A stretch of DNA of 64,000 nucleotides from Amphiscolops sp. MND2022 (Eukaryota). The position numbers and the translations under genes were made by a program. The stretch covers positions 73,348,001 through 73,412,000 of the forward strand of contig OZ076409.1 in assembly GCA_964187785.1 (NCBI GenBank), read 5' to 3'. Below, piece by piece: positions 23,523 to 38,000 of this stretch. Below the pieces are notes generated by a model. It did not search any database and was not told the DNA's origin. It saw nothing but the letters and a program-made list of their open reading frames with translations. How positions within the stretch are numbered: position 1 is the first letter of the stretch; the number at the start of each line of letters is the position of its first letter.

Positions 23523-25511
23523 GTGGGCGGGGGTAATTCCCCAACAAAAAAATCGGCCGGCGGGTCGGGTCCTGCCGGCCGTCCAAAATCAAAATCCTCC
23601 TAGTAGAAAACGGCATGTCAAACGAGCTATTTTTTTATTTAACCATACGAATTTCACCATTTTTTGCATGCGGCCCTGAAATGGCCATACGAGACGAAGT
23701 TCCTGCTGACGTTTTGCGATGTAAATGTTTTATAAAAAGTTATGGCCGATTTGTCATTCACCTAGAATGGTAAAATGAGGAAAATTTTAACAAAGTCGCT
23801 GATAACTCAAAATGTGTTAATTTTTGGACTTTGACTGTGAAACAAGCTTGGAACCTTCATTTCGTGGCTGGGGCATTGGACTGAACACAAAAGATGTAAA
23901 GTTTTTACGTTTTTTGAAAATTCGACATTTTTGAAATTTTTTTTACTACTATCAGTACCCCATATGTCAAAAACACCTCAGAAAAAAATTTTTATTTGCT
24001 TTAAATTGGAAACCTTGGTATCCATGGTTTCTGTCGGAACCTACTCGCAGCCAAACACCCAACAGTTTGCATCCAATGTGGAAATAAAAATTTTTTCGGG
24101 GTCATAAGCGTTTCACAAGGATTTCTCAACTTAGTATTAATTTACAAAATGGTCATTTTGAACACAAGATTTTCATCGAGGCTTGTCGGCTATAGCCTTA
24201 ATGTTCTAGAACGGTCCCACTGGCAACGTAGGAACCATTTATAGTAATAGAAAGTTTTAAAAAAAATATTTTCACCCGGTCTTCAGTCATTTTTCAGTCA
24301 TTCGGAACTTAACTTAGAAAATTTTCGACCCAAATACCCATTTTTTGTCAGGTCGAAAATTAAAATTCAGCTATTAAAGCAAAATTATTTACTCTGACGT
24401 AACCAGTGGGGCCCATGATACTCAAAAACACCATTGGCACTGGTACCAATGGCTCCAATAACATATGAGTCGCGATAAGACGTTATTTTGAGCAATACGT
24501 CTCAATTGAGGTAAAGATCTCGCAAGCCAGCGATCACTGTGAAATGTGATTTCATCAAAAATTTACTCATTTTTGTCAATAAGTATGTGCACAGAGTGTG
24601 TAGGGTGAGTTCCAGCACTATAATGAGGTTTTTGAAGGCATCGGGTTGCTCAAGGGGTGGTATGAGACATTTTTTTCCTATATACTACTGTGTTTTCCAA
24701 AACTTTTAGCCCATTATCAGGAAAAAATAATTTGACAAAATACTTTCAACTACTTTATTCAAAGGTTACAATATAGATGAACACTGTGGTTGATCAGAAA
24801 CTTTCATCTCTTTCGTTTTCCGAAATAATTCCCTTCGAATGTGTTACATTTGTAGCCGGAAAAAAACCGAAACTAAAAAATACGCGATTTTGCTGAGATA
24901 GAACCGGGATAATTGTGTCTAAATACTCTTTAAATACTTCTAACGCGACCTTACGGACCCAAAATGATTAAAAATGCCACTCACAATGCTGACATGTGCT
25001 CTTTCGACGATCCTGGTTGGACAAGTTTTGCAAATTTTTCAAGTACCTGTTAACTGAATTTTGTGATAGCCTTTTAAGTTGGCCTTGTGTCAACTTGGGA
25101 AGGCTATCACATCAAAAAACTTTCAACAAAAATACTTTTTGTTTATTGGATATTGCTGTCGATACCTTTTTTTGTGATTCTATACTACCGTTAGTATATT
25201 CCATCAGGTCACCAGACGATTGTATTCAGTATTTGATAAAAACTTATGAACTCGAAGTCTTTTTCATATGTTTTTTGTTCAAAAAAATTATCAAAAAAAT
25301 TTATATTATAAACAATTGAGTCTTTAACTTTTTTATTTCCCAATTTTCCAGTGTTATTAGGCTCATCAACTTCCTACTGCCACATCCAGACATTAGTACA
25401 ACGCCACAAAGTGTTGCGACGTCCACCGTCTGTGGGCATGCCGAGGCATGCCCTTCGACGACGTATGCCAAAAATAGCGCCCTCCGCGGTCACTACCGCG
25501 GTAGCAGCTAG
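23523..25511 (+). mobile_element. Short-class unit, 1989 bp (H2, tail g)
   Basis: Bounded by junctions; contains the short-class internal hairpin. Confidence 0.72.
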
Positions 25512-28500
25512 GTGGGCGGGGGTAATTCCCCAACTAAAAAATCGGCCGGCGGGTAGGGTCCTGCCGGCCGTCCAAAATCAAAAATATACTAGTAGAAAAC
25601 GGCCGGTCAAACGAGCTATTTTTTTATTTAACCGTTAGAATTTGGGTTTAGATTGCATGCGGCCATGAAATGGCCATACGAATCGAAGTTCCTGCTGACG
25701 TTTTGCGATTGAAACACTTTATAAAAAGTTATGGCCAATTTGTCATTCACCTAGAAGGGCAAAATGAGGAAAATTTTAACAAAGTCACTGATAACTCAAA
25801 ATGTAATAATTTTTGGACTTTGACAGTGATACAAGCTTGGAACTGTCATTTCGTGGCTGTGGCATTGCACTGAACACAAAAGATGTAAAGTTTTCACATT
25901 TTTTGAAAATTCGACATTTTTGAATTTTTTTTCACTACTATCAGTACACTATATGTCAAAAACGCCTCTGAAAAAAATTTTTATTTGCTTAAAATTAGAA
26001 ACCTTGGTATCCATGGTTTCCGTCAGTACCTACTCGCCGCCAAACGCTCAACAGTTTGCATTCAATGTGAAAATATAATTTTTTTCGAGGTCATAGGTGT
26101 TTCACAAGGATTTCTCAACTTAGTATCTATTTACAAATTGGTCATTTTGAACACATTATTTTCATCGAAGCGTGTCAGATACCACCCTAATGCTCACGAA
26201 TGGGCCTACTGGCAACGTTGGAACCATTTTTAGTAATAGAAAGTATTAAAAAAATATTTTCACCCGGTCTTCAGTCATTTTTCAGACATTCGGTACTTAA
26301 CTTAGAAAAATTTCGCATCAAAAACCCATATTTGGTAGGGTCGAAATTTGAAATTCAGTTTTTTATGCAAAATTATTAACTCTGACGTAACCAGTGGAGC
26401 CCATGATACTCAAAAACACGATTGGGACTGGTATCAGTGGCTCCAATAACATATGAGCCGCGATAAGACGTTATTCAGAGCAAACGCTCTAAATCGAAGT
26501 AAACATCTCTGAAGCCTGGGATCACAGTGAAATGTGATATCACCAAAAGTTTACTCTTTTTTGTCAATCACTATGTACACAGAGTGCGTAGGGTGAGTTT
26601 CAGGACTATAATGAGGTTTTTGAAGTAATCGCGCTGCTCAAGGGGTGGTATGAGACTATTTTTTCCCATATACTACTACATTTCCATAAATTTGCAGTCC
26701 ATTGTCCTGGAAAGATAACTTCACAAAAACAATTTTTCTACTCTATTCAGTTATTAGAATAAAGTTGAACACTGTGGTTGATCAGAAATGCTCAATTCTT
26801 TTGGTTTTTAAAAAAATTCCTTCGCATTCGTTACATTTGTGGAAGGAAGGTTATCAGTAGCTCCAAAAAAAAACGAAATTTAGCACGAACAGACATGCAA
26901 CGATGCAAAGCAAAAACGTTTTTACAACTTCCGACGTCATTATTTTACCCAAGAAGTTCGAAAATATCATTCGCAATGCTGTCATTCGCTATATATACGA
27001 TCGCGGTCTATTTACAAACATTTAGATTTCATTGTTCTGCTTGAAAACCAATTTTTGTCAGGTCGAAATTTTAAATTTTGCCTGGGGAGCAATACCCTTC
27101 ACGCTGAAGTAAACAGTGGGGCCCAAGTTACTCAAAAACAAGAAAGAGACTGCTACAATATGTCCTAATAACATATGGACCACGATAGTACGTTTTTCAC
27201 ACAAAAAACTCTCATCCGAAGTAAATATGTTGAAAGCTTTTAATCACCGTGAGAAGTGATTTCATCAAAAAATAACTCTTTTTTGTCAATCACTATTTAC
27301 ACAGAATTTGTAAAGTTAGTTTGAGTCATGAAATGAGGCTTTACCGTAATATGGGTTGCTCAAGGTGTTATATAAGACAAAAACTTCCTCTTTTCTACTA
27401 GCTTCTTCAAATATTTCAACCCTTTGTCACAATAAGTTAATATTCAAAATCTCTTTGAAATGTATCTTTATGTTGGGGTGAAGTCTAAGAACAATAACTA
27501 TGATCGAAGAATGCTAGTACTGGTGTTTGAACCATGTCCGGATGAACAAATCACAAAATCATCAAAAAATTGTTCCCTTTTTTGGTTATTTTGGCAGTAC
27601 TAAAAATGTTAGCCGATAAATAATTTTTTCGATGGCACCATTGGATTCCTCTCAAAAAGTTGGTTATATGACCTGTGTAATAACCCCGTATCTTTTCAAT
27701 TTAAATATATTTAAAAAGCCAACTATTTTGACCAAAATCCTAAAAATCATACCATTTCCTAAAAATTTTCAAATGCACCCCATTTGACGTATAAGATAAG
27801 CACAGAAAACTATCATATACCGATCAACTCTACTCCTATTGTAGATTATTAGAATTTTGTTAAGAATGAATTTTGATGAATATTAAAAAAATTTTGAACC
27901 CTCCAAAAATGGGCCAAAATTACACGAAAAAATTGACCTTAAAATACCAAAATGTCAAAAAATCATCAAAACCCAGGCTTCTTGGGGTTCTATCAACTCC
28001 GCGTGGTCCACAGAGTATGCTAAAACAGGTTTTACCCGTTTTTGAGCAATATGTGAAAAAGCCGACATTTTTGGGAAAGAAAAACATACCATTTCCTAAA
28101 AAAATTCAAATGCACGTCATTTGCCGTATTAGAATAGCACAGAAAACTATCACATACCAATCAACTCTACTTTTATTGCAGATGAACAGAATTTTGTTTA
28201 GAATAAATTTTACCGGATAATAAAAAAATTTGAATCCTTCAAAAATGGGCCAAAAATACACGAAAAAATGGACCTTAAAAATTTAAAATGTCAAAAAATC
28301 ATCAAAACAACAGCTTCTTGGGGTTCTATCAACTCCACGAGGTCCACAGAGTATGCTAAAACAGGTTTTACCCGTTTTTGAGCAATATGTGAAAAAGCCG
28401 ACATTTTTGGGAAAGAAAAACATACCATTTCCTAAAAAAATTCAAATGCACGCCATTTGCCGTATGAAAATAGCACAGAAAACTATCACATACCAATCAA

Positions 28501-30273
28501 CTCTACTTTCATTGCAGATGAACAGAATTTTGTTTAGAATAAACTTTACCGGATAATAAAAAAATTTGATTCCTTCTAAAATGGGCCAAAATTACACGAA
28601 AAAATGGACCTTAAAATTTTAAAATGTCAAAAAATCATCAAAACCACGGCTTCTTGGGGTTCTATCAACTCCACGTGGTCCACAGAGTATGCTTAACCCG
28701 GTTTTACCCATCTTTGAGCAAAATGTGAAAATACCGACATTTTTGGAAAAGAAAAACATGCCATTTTCTAATAAATTTCAAATGCACGCCATTTGCTGTA
28801 TGAGAATTACACAGAAAGCTGTCACATACCGATCAACTCTACTTCCATTGTAGATTATCAGAAGTTTGTTTAGAATAAATTTTGAAGGATAATAAAAAAA
28901 TTTGAATCCATCAAAAATGGGCCAAAATTACACGAAAAAATTGACCTTAAAATATCAAAATGTCAAAAAATCATCAAAACCACAATTTCTTGGCGTTCTA
29001 TCAACTCCATATGATACCAAACCAGGTACTGCCAATCGTTTGAGTTATAATAAAAAAACGTCTTTTTTGGCAAGAATTCCATACCATAAATAATAATCAT
29101 GTTCCATATAAGAAGCGAATCATTTCAGATATATACCCTGTTCATTTTTTTAATATTACCGATTATTAATTTAATAGATGTTTTGAATGTGAGCTTCCTA
29201 AAAGGTTCAGGTGTGATGATACGTAAATAGAACCTTAGTTTCATCGAAATCTCAATTGAATATGTCCAATCTTAACCATCAGATAACAAGAAACACTTAA
29301 GTACATTCCATCTCCCCATCGGGGGAGATGAGAATGTACTTTCGAGAAGCCAAATACGTCCAACATTCAAACTTTTGTAACTTTGTATGTAACTCCTGAA
29401 ACGAAGAAGGAATAAAATTGTTTCTGGTACATACATGAGTCTTTACTTCAGCTTCTATTTCTGCTGAACAAAACCATTCGACTCTTTTGCCGGAGTTAAG
29501 ATCGATTGTATTACCCAGTGAACAAAGGCATGACTGAAAACGTTTACTACTTTGTTCATAATTTTCCGGCCTTCCGAAATGATGAAACGTCCACATAACT
29601 AAGATAGCAAGTGAATGACTGCGAAATGCACCTTATTAGATGAGGTAAATAACGTGTAAAACTCTCCTTTATCCTAACATGAGGTTGAGTAATGATCATT
29701 TGAGAATAGTTTGATATGTGAATACAATAGTATAAAACAAGTACATTTTATATGAATAACGCCGTGGAAAGCGTTCAGAAAGGACATTAGGCTTGTTTGG
29801 AACATGTATGTGTGGTGTCCCTTGGTGGCGTTCGCTTAGTGTATATGTCGAGGGGTATTCGAGTTGTTATGATAGAATTTACACACAAGTCTTTTGTTTT
29901 TTGGTTTTTTTAAAATGTCGTTAAGTACCTGCATTCTATCCCCTTCTCAGAGATGACGTGAAGTTACGTTTGCTAAATAAATGTCATCGAAAGATCACAC
30001 TCCCGACGAAATTAACTATCTTAACACGTGTTTAGAATTTTAAATAAACAACCGTATAAGATTTTTATATTTCATTGAGTTTGATGAAGTCTTTTGTTCT
30101 TCTCACTACTATTTCAACCAATACACATATCCGTTACCATATCACATGTCTCCATTAGTACAACGCCACATAGCGTTCCGACGCCCACAGTCTGTGGGCA
30201 TGCCGAGGCATGCCCTTCGACGACGTATGGCAAATGGAGCCATGCCCGCCGTCTTTACGGCGGTAGCGGCTAG
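25512..30273 (+). mobile_element. Long-class unit, 4762 bp (H2-like head, tail h)
   Basis: Body nearly identical to 35038-39799; ends CCGCCGT-cttt-ACGGCGG tagcgg CTAG. Confidence 0.72.
27749..29085 (+). repeat. 4 x ~336-bp tandem repeat
   Basis: Same monomer; ends approximate. Confidence 0.85.
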
Positions 30274-33200
30274 GTGGGCGGGGGTAATTCCCCAACAAAA
30301 AAATCGGCCGGCGGGTCGGGTCCTGCCGGCCGTCCAAAATCAAAATCCTCCTAGTAGAAAACGGCATGTCAAACGAGCTATTTTTTTATTTAACCATACG
30401 AATTTCACCATTTTTTGCATGCGGCCCTGAAATGGCCATACGAGACGAAGTTCCTGCTGACGTTTTGCGATGTAAATGTTTTATATAAAGTTGTGGCCGA
30501 TTTGTCACTTACCTAGAAGGGCAAAATGAGGAAAATTTTTACAAAGTCGCTGATAACTCAAAATGTGGTAATTTTTGGACTTTGACTGTGAAACAAGCTT
30601 GGAACCTTCATTTCGTGGCTGTGGCTTTGCATTGAACACAAAAGATCTAAGGTTTTTACATTTTTTGAAAATTCGACATTTTTGAAAATTTTTTCACTAC
30701 TATCAGTACCCCATATGTCAAAAACACCTCAGAAAAAAATTTTTATTTGCTTTAAATTGAAAACCTTGGTAGCCATGGTTTCTGTCGGAACATACTCGCT
30801 GCCAAACACCCAACAGTTTGCATCCAGTGTGAATTTAAAAATTTTTTCGAGGTCTTAGGTGTTTCACAAGGATTTCTCAACTTAGTATCAAATTACAAAT
30901 TGGTCATTTTAAACACATTATTTTCATCGAAGCGTGTCAGATACCGCCCTAATGCTCACGAACGGGCCTACTGGCAACGTTGGAACAATTTATAGTAATA
31001 TAAAAGGTTTAAAAAACTTTTTTCACCCGGTCTTCAGTCATTTTTCAGACATTCGGAACATAACTTAGAAAATTTTCGACCCAAATACCCATTTTTTGTC
31101 AGGTCGAAAATTAAAATTCAGCTATTAAAGCAAAATTATTTACTCTGACGTAACCAGTGGGGCCCATGATACTCAAAAACACCATTGGCACTGGTACCAA
31201 TGGCTCCAATAACATATGAGTCGCGATAAGACGTTATTTTGAGCAATACGTCTCAATTGAGGTAAAGATCTCTCAAGCCTGGGATCACAGTTAAAAGTGA
31301 TTTCGTCACAAATTTACTCTTTTTCGTCAATCACTATGTACACAGAGTGCGTAGGGTGAGTTTCAGCACTATAATGCGGTTTTTGAAGGAATCGGTCTGC
31401 TCAAGGGGTGGTATGAGACATTTTTTTTGCATGTAGTACTATATTTCTCAAAACTTTTAGCCCAATATCTCGAAAAGCTCACTTCGCAAATTACTTTCAG
31501 TTACTCTATTCGAAGCTTAGAATATACATGAACACTGTGGTTGATCAGAAACTCTTGACTATTTTGTTTTTGGAAAAAAACTGCCTTGCATGTGTTACAT
31601 TAGTGGCAGGAAAAATACCAGTAGCTCCAAAAATCACAATTTTGGACGGACAGACCTGCAATGATGCAAAGCAAAAACGTTTCAACAACTTCTGGCGCCA
31701 CTTTTTTTACCCAAGAGGTTCGAAATTACTATTAACAATGCTGACATTCGCTATAAATAAGATCGAGGTCAATTTACTAACACTTAGGTTATACATTTAT
31801 ATCTGAGAAACCATTCTTTGTCAGGTCGCAATTTTAAATTTAGTTTGGGAAGCAATACTTTTCACTCTGAAGCAAACCGTTGGGCCCAAATTACTCAAAA
31901 ACTACAAAAAGACTGTCACCATATGCCCTAATAGCATATGAGATTCGACCGTATGTTTTTAACACAAAAACTCTCATCCGAAGTAAACATGTTGAAAGCC
32001 TTGAATCACCGTGAGAAATGATTTCATCAAAAAATATTCCTTTTTCGTCAATCTTTATCTACACAGAACACGTTGTGTCATTTTCAGCCGTGAAATGAGC
32101 TTCTACCGTAATATGGGTTGCTCAAGGTGTTGTATAAGACAAAAACTTCCTCTTTTCTACTATCTTCTTCAAATATTTCAACCCTTTGTCACAAGAAGTT
32201 AATATTCAAAATCTCTTTGAAATGTTTCTTTAGGTTGGGGTGAAGTGTTAGAACAATAATTATGATCGAAGAATGATAGTATTGGTGTTTGGACCATGTC
32301 CGGATGAACAAATTGCAATATCATGAAAAATTTCTTACCATTTTTGGTCATTTTGTCAGTACTAAAAATGTTAGCTGAAAAAGAATTTTTTTGATGGCAC
32401 CATTGGATTCCTCTCAAAAAGTTAGCTATATGAACTGTGTAATAACCCCGTATCTTTTCAATTTAAATAATTTTAAATAGCAAACTTTTTTGACTAAAAT
32501 CCTAAAAATCATACCATTTCCTAAAAAATTTCAAATGCCCCCCATTTGACGTATAAGAATAGCACAGAAAACTATCACAAACCGATCGACTCTACTTCCA
32601 TTGTAGATTACCAGAATTTTGTTTAGAACAATTTTTGACGGATGCAAAAAAAATTTAAACCCTCCAAAAAAGGGCCAAAATTACACGAAAAAATTGACCT
32701 TAAAATTTTAAAATGTCGAAAAATCATCAAAACCACAGCTTCTTGGGGTTCTATCAACTCCACGTGGTCCACAGAGTATGTTAAAACAAGTTTTACCCGT
32801 ATTTTAGCAATATGTGAAAAAGCCGACTTTTTTGGGAATGAAAAACATACCATTTCCTAAAAAATTTCAAACGCACCCCATTTGACGTATAAGAATAGCA
32901 CAGAAAACTATCACATACCGATCGACTCTACTTCTATTGTAGGTTACCAGAATCTTGTTTAGAACAATTGTTGACGGATGCAAAAAAAAATTAAACCCTC
33001 CAAAAATGGGCCAAAATTACACGAAAAAATTGACCTTAAATTTTTAAAATGTCAAAAAATCATCAAAACCACAGCTTCTTGGGGTTCTATCAACTCCACG
33101 TGGTCCACAGAGTATGCTAAAACAGGTTTTACATGTTTCTGAGCTATATGTGAAAAAACCGACATTTTGGGGAAGAAAAACATACCATTTCTTTAAAAAT

Positions 33201-35037
33201 TTCAAATGCACGCCATTTGCCGTATGAGAATAGCACAGAAAACTATCACATACCGATCAACTCTACTTCTATTGTAGATTATCAGATTTTTGTTTAGAAC
33301 AAACTTTTATGGATATAAAAAATTTTTAAACCCTCCAAAAATGAGCCAAAATAACACGAAAAAATGGACCCTAAATTTTTAAAATGTCAAAAAATTATCC
33401 AAACCACAGCTTCTTGGGGTTCTATCAGCTCCACATGGTCCACAGAGTATGCTAAAACAGGTTTTGCCCGTTTTTGAGCAGTATATGAAAAAGCCGACAT
33501 TTTTGGGGAAGAAAAACATACCATTTCCTAAATAATTTCAAATGCAGGCAATTTGCCGTATGAGAGTAGCACAGAAAACTATCACACACCGATCAACTCT
33601 ACTTCTTTTGTAGATTATCAGAATTATGTTTAGAGTAAAGTTTTATGGATATGAAAAATTTTTATACCCTCCAAAAATGGGCCAAAATGACACGAAAAAA
33701 TTGACCTCAAATTTTTAAAATGTCAAAAAATTATCCAAACCACAGCGTCTTGGCGTTCTATCAACTCCAAATGACCTTCAGAGTATACCAAACCAGGTAT
33801 TGCCAATCTTTTGAGCAATATTTAAAAACACCGACTATTTGGCAAGAACACCATAATATGTTCCATATAAGAAGTGAATCATTCCACATATATACCCGGT
33901 CTAATATTTCCAAATTAGCGATAACATTTATACATGATGGTTTTTGAAAGTGAGCTTCATAAGAGGTTGAGATGTAATAATACGTAAATGGACCCTAAGT
34001 TTCATTGAAATCTCAATGGAATACGTCCAATCAACTTCAATCCTAACTATTATATAACAAAAAACACTTGAGTACATTCCATCTCCCCATCGGGGGAGAT
34101 GAGAATGTACTTTTCAAAAGCCAAAAACTTCGAATTTTAAATCTTTTGTAACATTGTATGTGACTGTTGAAACGATGAACGAATGAAAATGCTTCTAGTA
34201 CCTTCATCAATTTTTGCTTCAGCTCCTATTTCTGCAGAACAAAACCAAAAGACACACTTACAGCAGTTAAGTTCGATTGTATAACTCAGTGAGTAAAGGT
34301 ATGACTGAGGAAGTTCACAAGTTGTTTCAAAAGTTTCCGGCCTTCCAAAATCATGAAACGTCCACACAACCAAGATAGCAAGTGAAAGAATGCTGAATGC
34401 ACCTTATTAGATGAGATAAATAATGTGTGGAACTTGCCATTATCTCAAGATGACGTTGATTTATGATCTTTTAAGGATAGTTCGATATGTGACCACAATA
34501 GTGGAAAACTTATTACTATTTGAAGAACACCGTGGAAAGCGTTCAGAAAGGACAGTATATTTGTTTCGAGCATGCATGCGTGTGTTCCTTTGGTGACGTT
34601 AGCTTAGTGTACATGACGGAGGTATTCGAGAGATTATGATAGAGTTTACTCACAAGTCTTTGTTTTTTTAAACTTTCTATGCCGTTGAGTACATTCGTAA
34701 GGTACATCCATCCCCTTCTCTGGGAATGTACGTTTGCCAAATGACTGTCATCCAAAATTCGTAATCCGGACGAGTTTAACTACATAAACATGTGATGAGC
34801 GTTTTCAATTCACAACCGAATAACATTTTTTTTCTCGAAAATGATGATGGTTTTGATTTTGATGTCTTCTACTTTTATCATCATGCAAACGACCTTACCA
34901 TGTCTCTCTTCTGTCGTCATTTGTACAACGCCACATAGCGTTCCGACGCCCACCGTCTGTGGGCATGCCGAGGCATGCCCTTCGACGACGTATGCCAAAT
35001 GAGCCATACCCGCACTCTGGAGTGCGGTAGCGGCTAG
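30274..35037 (+). mobile_element. Long-class unit, 4764 bp (H2, tail f)
   Basis: Copy of 18761-23522 with a mosaic 5' region. Confidence 0.72.
32511..33855 (+). repeat. 4 x ~336-bp tandem repeat
   Basis: Same monomer; ends approximate. Confidence 0.85.
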
Positions 35038-38000
35038 GTGGGCGGGGGTAATTCCCCAACAAAAATTACGGCCGGCGGGTTGGGTCCTGCCGGACGTCAA
35101 ATAGCAAAGAATATCTAGTAGGAAACGGCGACACAGAATCGCGATTTTTAAATCTAACCACAATTTTTTGGACTTGGAGTGCATGCGGCCCTAAAATGCT
35201 CATACGAATCGAAGTTCCTGCTGACGTTAAGCGATTGAAATAATATATAAAAAGTTATGGCCCATTTTCCACTCACATAGAAGGGTAAAATGAGAAAATT
35301 TTTAACAAAGTCGCTGATAACTCAAAATGTGTTAATTTTTGGACATTGACTGTGAAACAAGCTTGGAACCTTCATTTCGTGGCTGTGGCATTGCGCTGAA
35401 CACAAAAGATGTAAAGTTTTCACATTTTTTGAAAATTCGACATTTTTGAATTTTTTTCACTACTATCAGTACACTATATGTCAAAAACGCGTCTGAAAAA
35501 AATTTTTATTTGCTTAAAATTAGAAACATTGGTATCCATGGTTTCCGTCAGTACCTACTCGCTGCCAAACGCTCAACAGTTTGCATCCAATGTGAAAATA
35601 TAATTTTTTTCGAGGTCATAGGTGTTTCACAAGGATTTCTCAACTTAGTATCTATTTACAAATTGGTCATTTTGAACACATTATTTTCATCGAAGCGTGT
35701 CAGATACCACCCTAATGCTCACGAATGGGCCTACTGGCAACGTTGGAACCATTTTTAGTAATAGAAAGTATTAAAAAAATATTTTCACCCGGTCTTCAGT
35801 CATTTTTCAGACATTCGGTACTTAACTTAGAAAAATTTCGCATCAAAAACCCATATTTGGTAGGGTCGAAATTTGAAATTCAGTTTTTTATGCAAAATTA
35901 TTAACTCTGACGTAACCAGTGGAGCCCATGATACTCAAAAACACGATTGGGACTGGTATCAGTGGCTCCAATAACATATGAGCCGCGATAAGACGTTATT
36001 CAGAGCAAACGCTCTAAATCGAAGTAAACATCTCTGAAGCCTGGGATCACAGTGAAATGTGATATCACCAAAAGTTTACTCTTTTTTGTCAATCACTATG
36101 TACACAGAGTGCGTAGGGTGAGTTTCAGGACTATAATGAGGTTTTTGAAGTAATCGCGCTGCTCAAGGGGTGGTATGAGACTTTTTTTCCCATATACTAC
36201 TACATTTCCATAAATTTGCAGTCCATTGTCTTGGAAAGATAACTTCACAAAAACAATTTTTCTACTCTAATCAGTTATTAGAATAACGTTGAACACTGTG
36301 GTTGATCAGAAATGCTCAATTCTTTTGGTTTTTAAAAAAATTCCTTCGGATTCGTTACATTTGTGGAAATAAGGTTATCAGTAGCTCCAAAACAAAACGA
36401 AATTTAGCACGAACAGACATGCAACGATGCAAAGCAAAAACGTTTTTACAACTTCCGACGTCATTATTTTACCCAAGAAGTTCGAAAATATCATTCGCAA
36501 TGCTGTCATTCGCTACATATACGATCGCGGTCAATTTACAAACATTTAGATTTCATTGTTCTGCTTGAAAACCAATTTTTGTCAGGTCGAAATTTTAAAT
36601 TTTGCCTGGGGAGCAATACCCTTCACGCTGAAGTAAACAGTGGGGCCCAAGTTACTCAAAAACAAGAAAGAGACTGCTACAATATGTCCTAATAACATAT
36701 GGACCACGATAGTACGTTTTTCACACAAAAAACTCTCATCCGAAGTAAATATGTTGAAAGCTTTTAATCACCGTGAGAAGTGATTTCATCAAAAAATAAC
36801 TCTTTTTTGTCAATCACTATTTACACGGAATTTGTAAAGTTAGTTTGAGTCATGAAATGAGGCTTTACCGTAATATGGGTTGCTCAAGGTGTTATATAAG
36901 ACAAAAACTTCCTCTTTTCTACTAGCTTCTTCAAATATTTCAACCCTTTGTCACAATAAGTTAATATTCAAAATCTCTTTGAAATGTATCTTTATGTTGG
37001 GGTGAAGTCTAAGAACAATAACTATGATCGAAGAATGCTAGTACTGGTGTTTGAACCATGTCCGGATGAACAAATCACAAAATCATCAAAAAATTGTTCC
37101 CTTTTTTGGTTATTTTGGCAGTACTAAAAATGTTAGCTGATAAATAATTTTTTCGATGGCACCATTGGATTCCTCTCAAAAAGTTGGTTATATGACCTGT
37201 GTACTAACCCCGTATCTTTTCAATTTAAATATATTTAAAAAGCCAACTATTTTGACCAAAATCCTAAAAATCATACCATTTCCTAAAAATTTTCAAATGC
37301 ACCCCATTTGACGTATAAGATAAGCACAGAAAACTATCATATACCGATCAACTCTACTCCCATTGTAGATTATTAGAATTTTGTTTAGAATGAATTTTGA
37401 TGGATATTAAAAAAATTTTGAACCCTCCAAAAATGGGCCAAAATTACACGAAAAAATTGACCTTAAAATACCAAAATGTCAAAAAATCATCAAAACCACG
37501 GCTTCTTGGGGTTCTATCAACTCCGCGTGGTCCACAGAGTATGCTAAAACAGGTTTTACCCGTTTTTGAGCAATATGTGAAAAAGCCGACATTTTTGGGA
37601 AAGAAAAACATACCATTTCCTAAAAAAATTCAAATGCACGTCATTTGCCGTATTAGAATAGCACAGAAAACTATCACATACCAATCAACTCTACTTTCAT
37701 TGCAGATGAACAGAATTTTGTTTAGAATAAATTTTACCGGATAATAAAAAAAATTTGAATCCTTCAAAAATGGGCCAAAATTACACGAAAAATGGACCTT
37801 AAAAATTTAAAATGTCAAAAAATCATCAAAACAACAACTTCTTGGGGTTCTATCAACTCCACGAGGTCCACAGAGTATGCTAAAACAGGTTTTACCCGTT
37901 TTTGAGCAATATGTGAAAAAGCCGACATTTTTGGGAAAGAAAAACATACCATTTCCTAAAAAAATTCAAATGCACGCCATTTGCCGTATGAAAATAGCAC

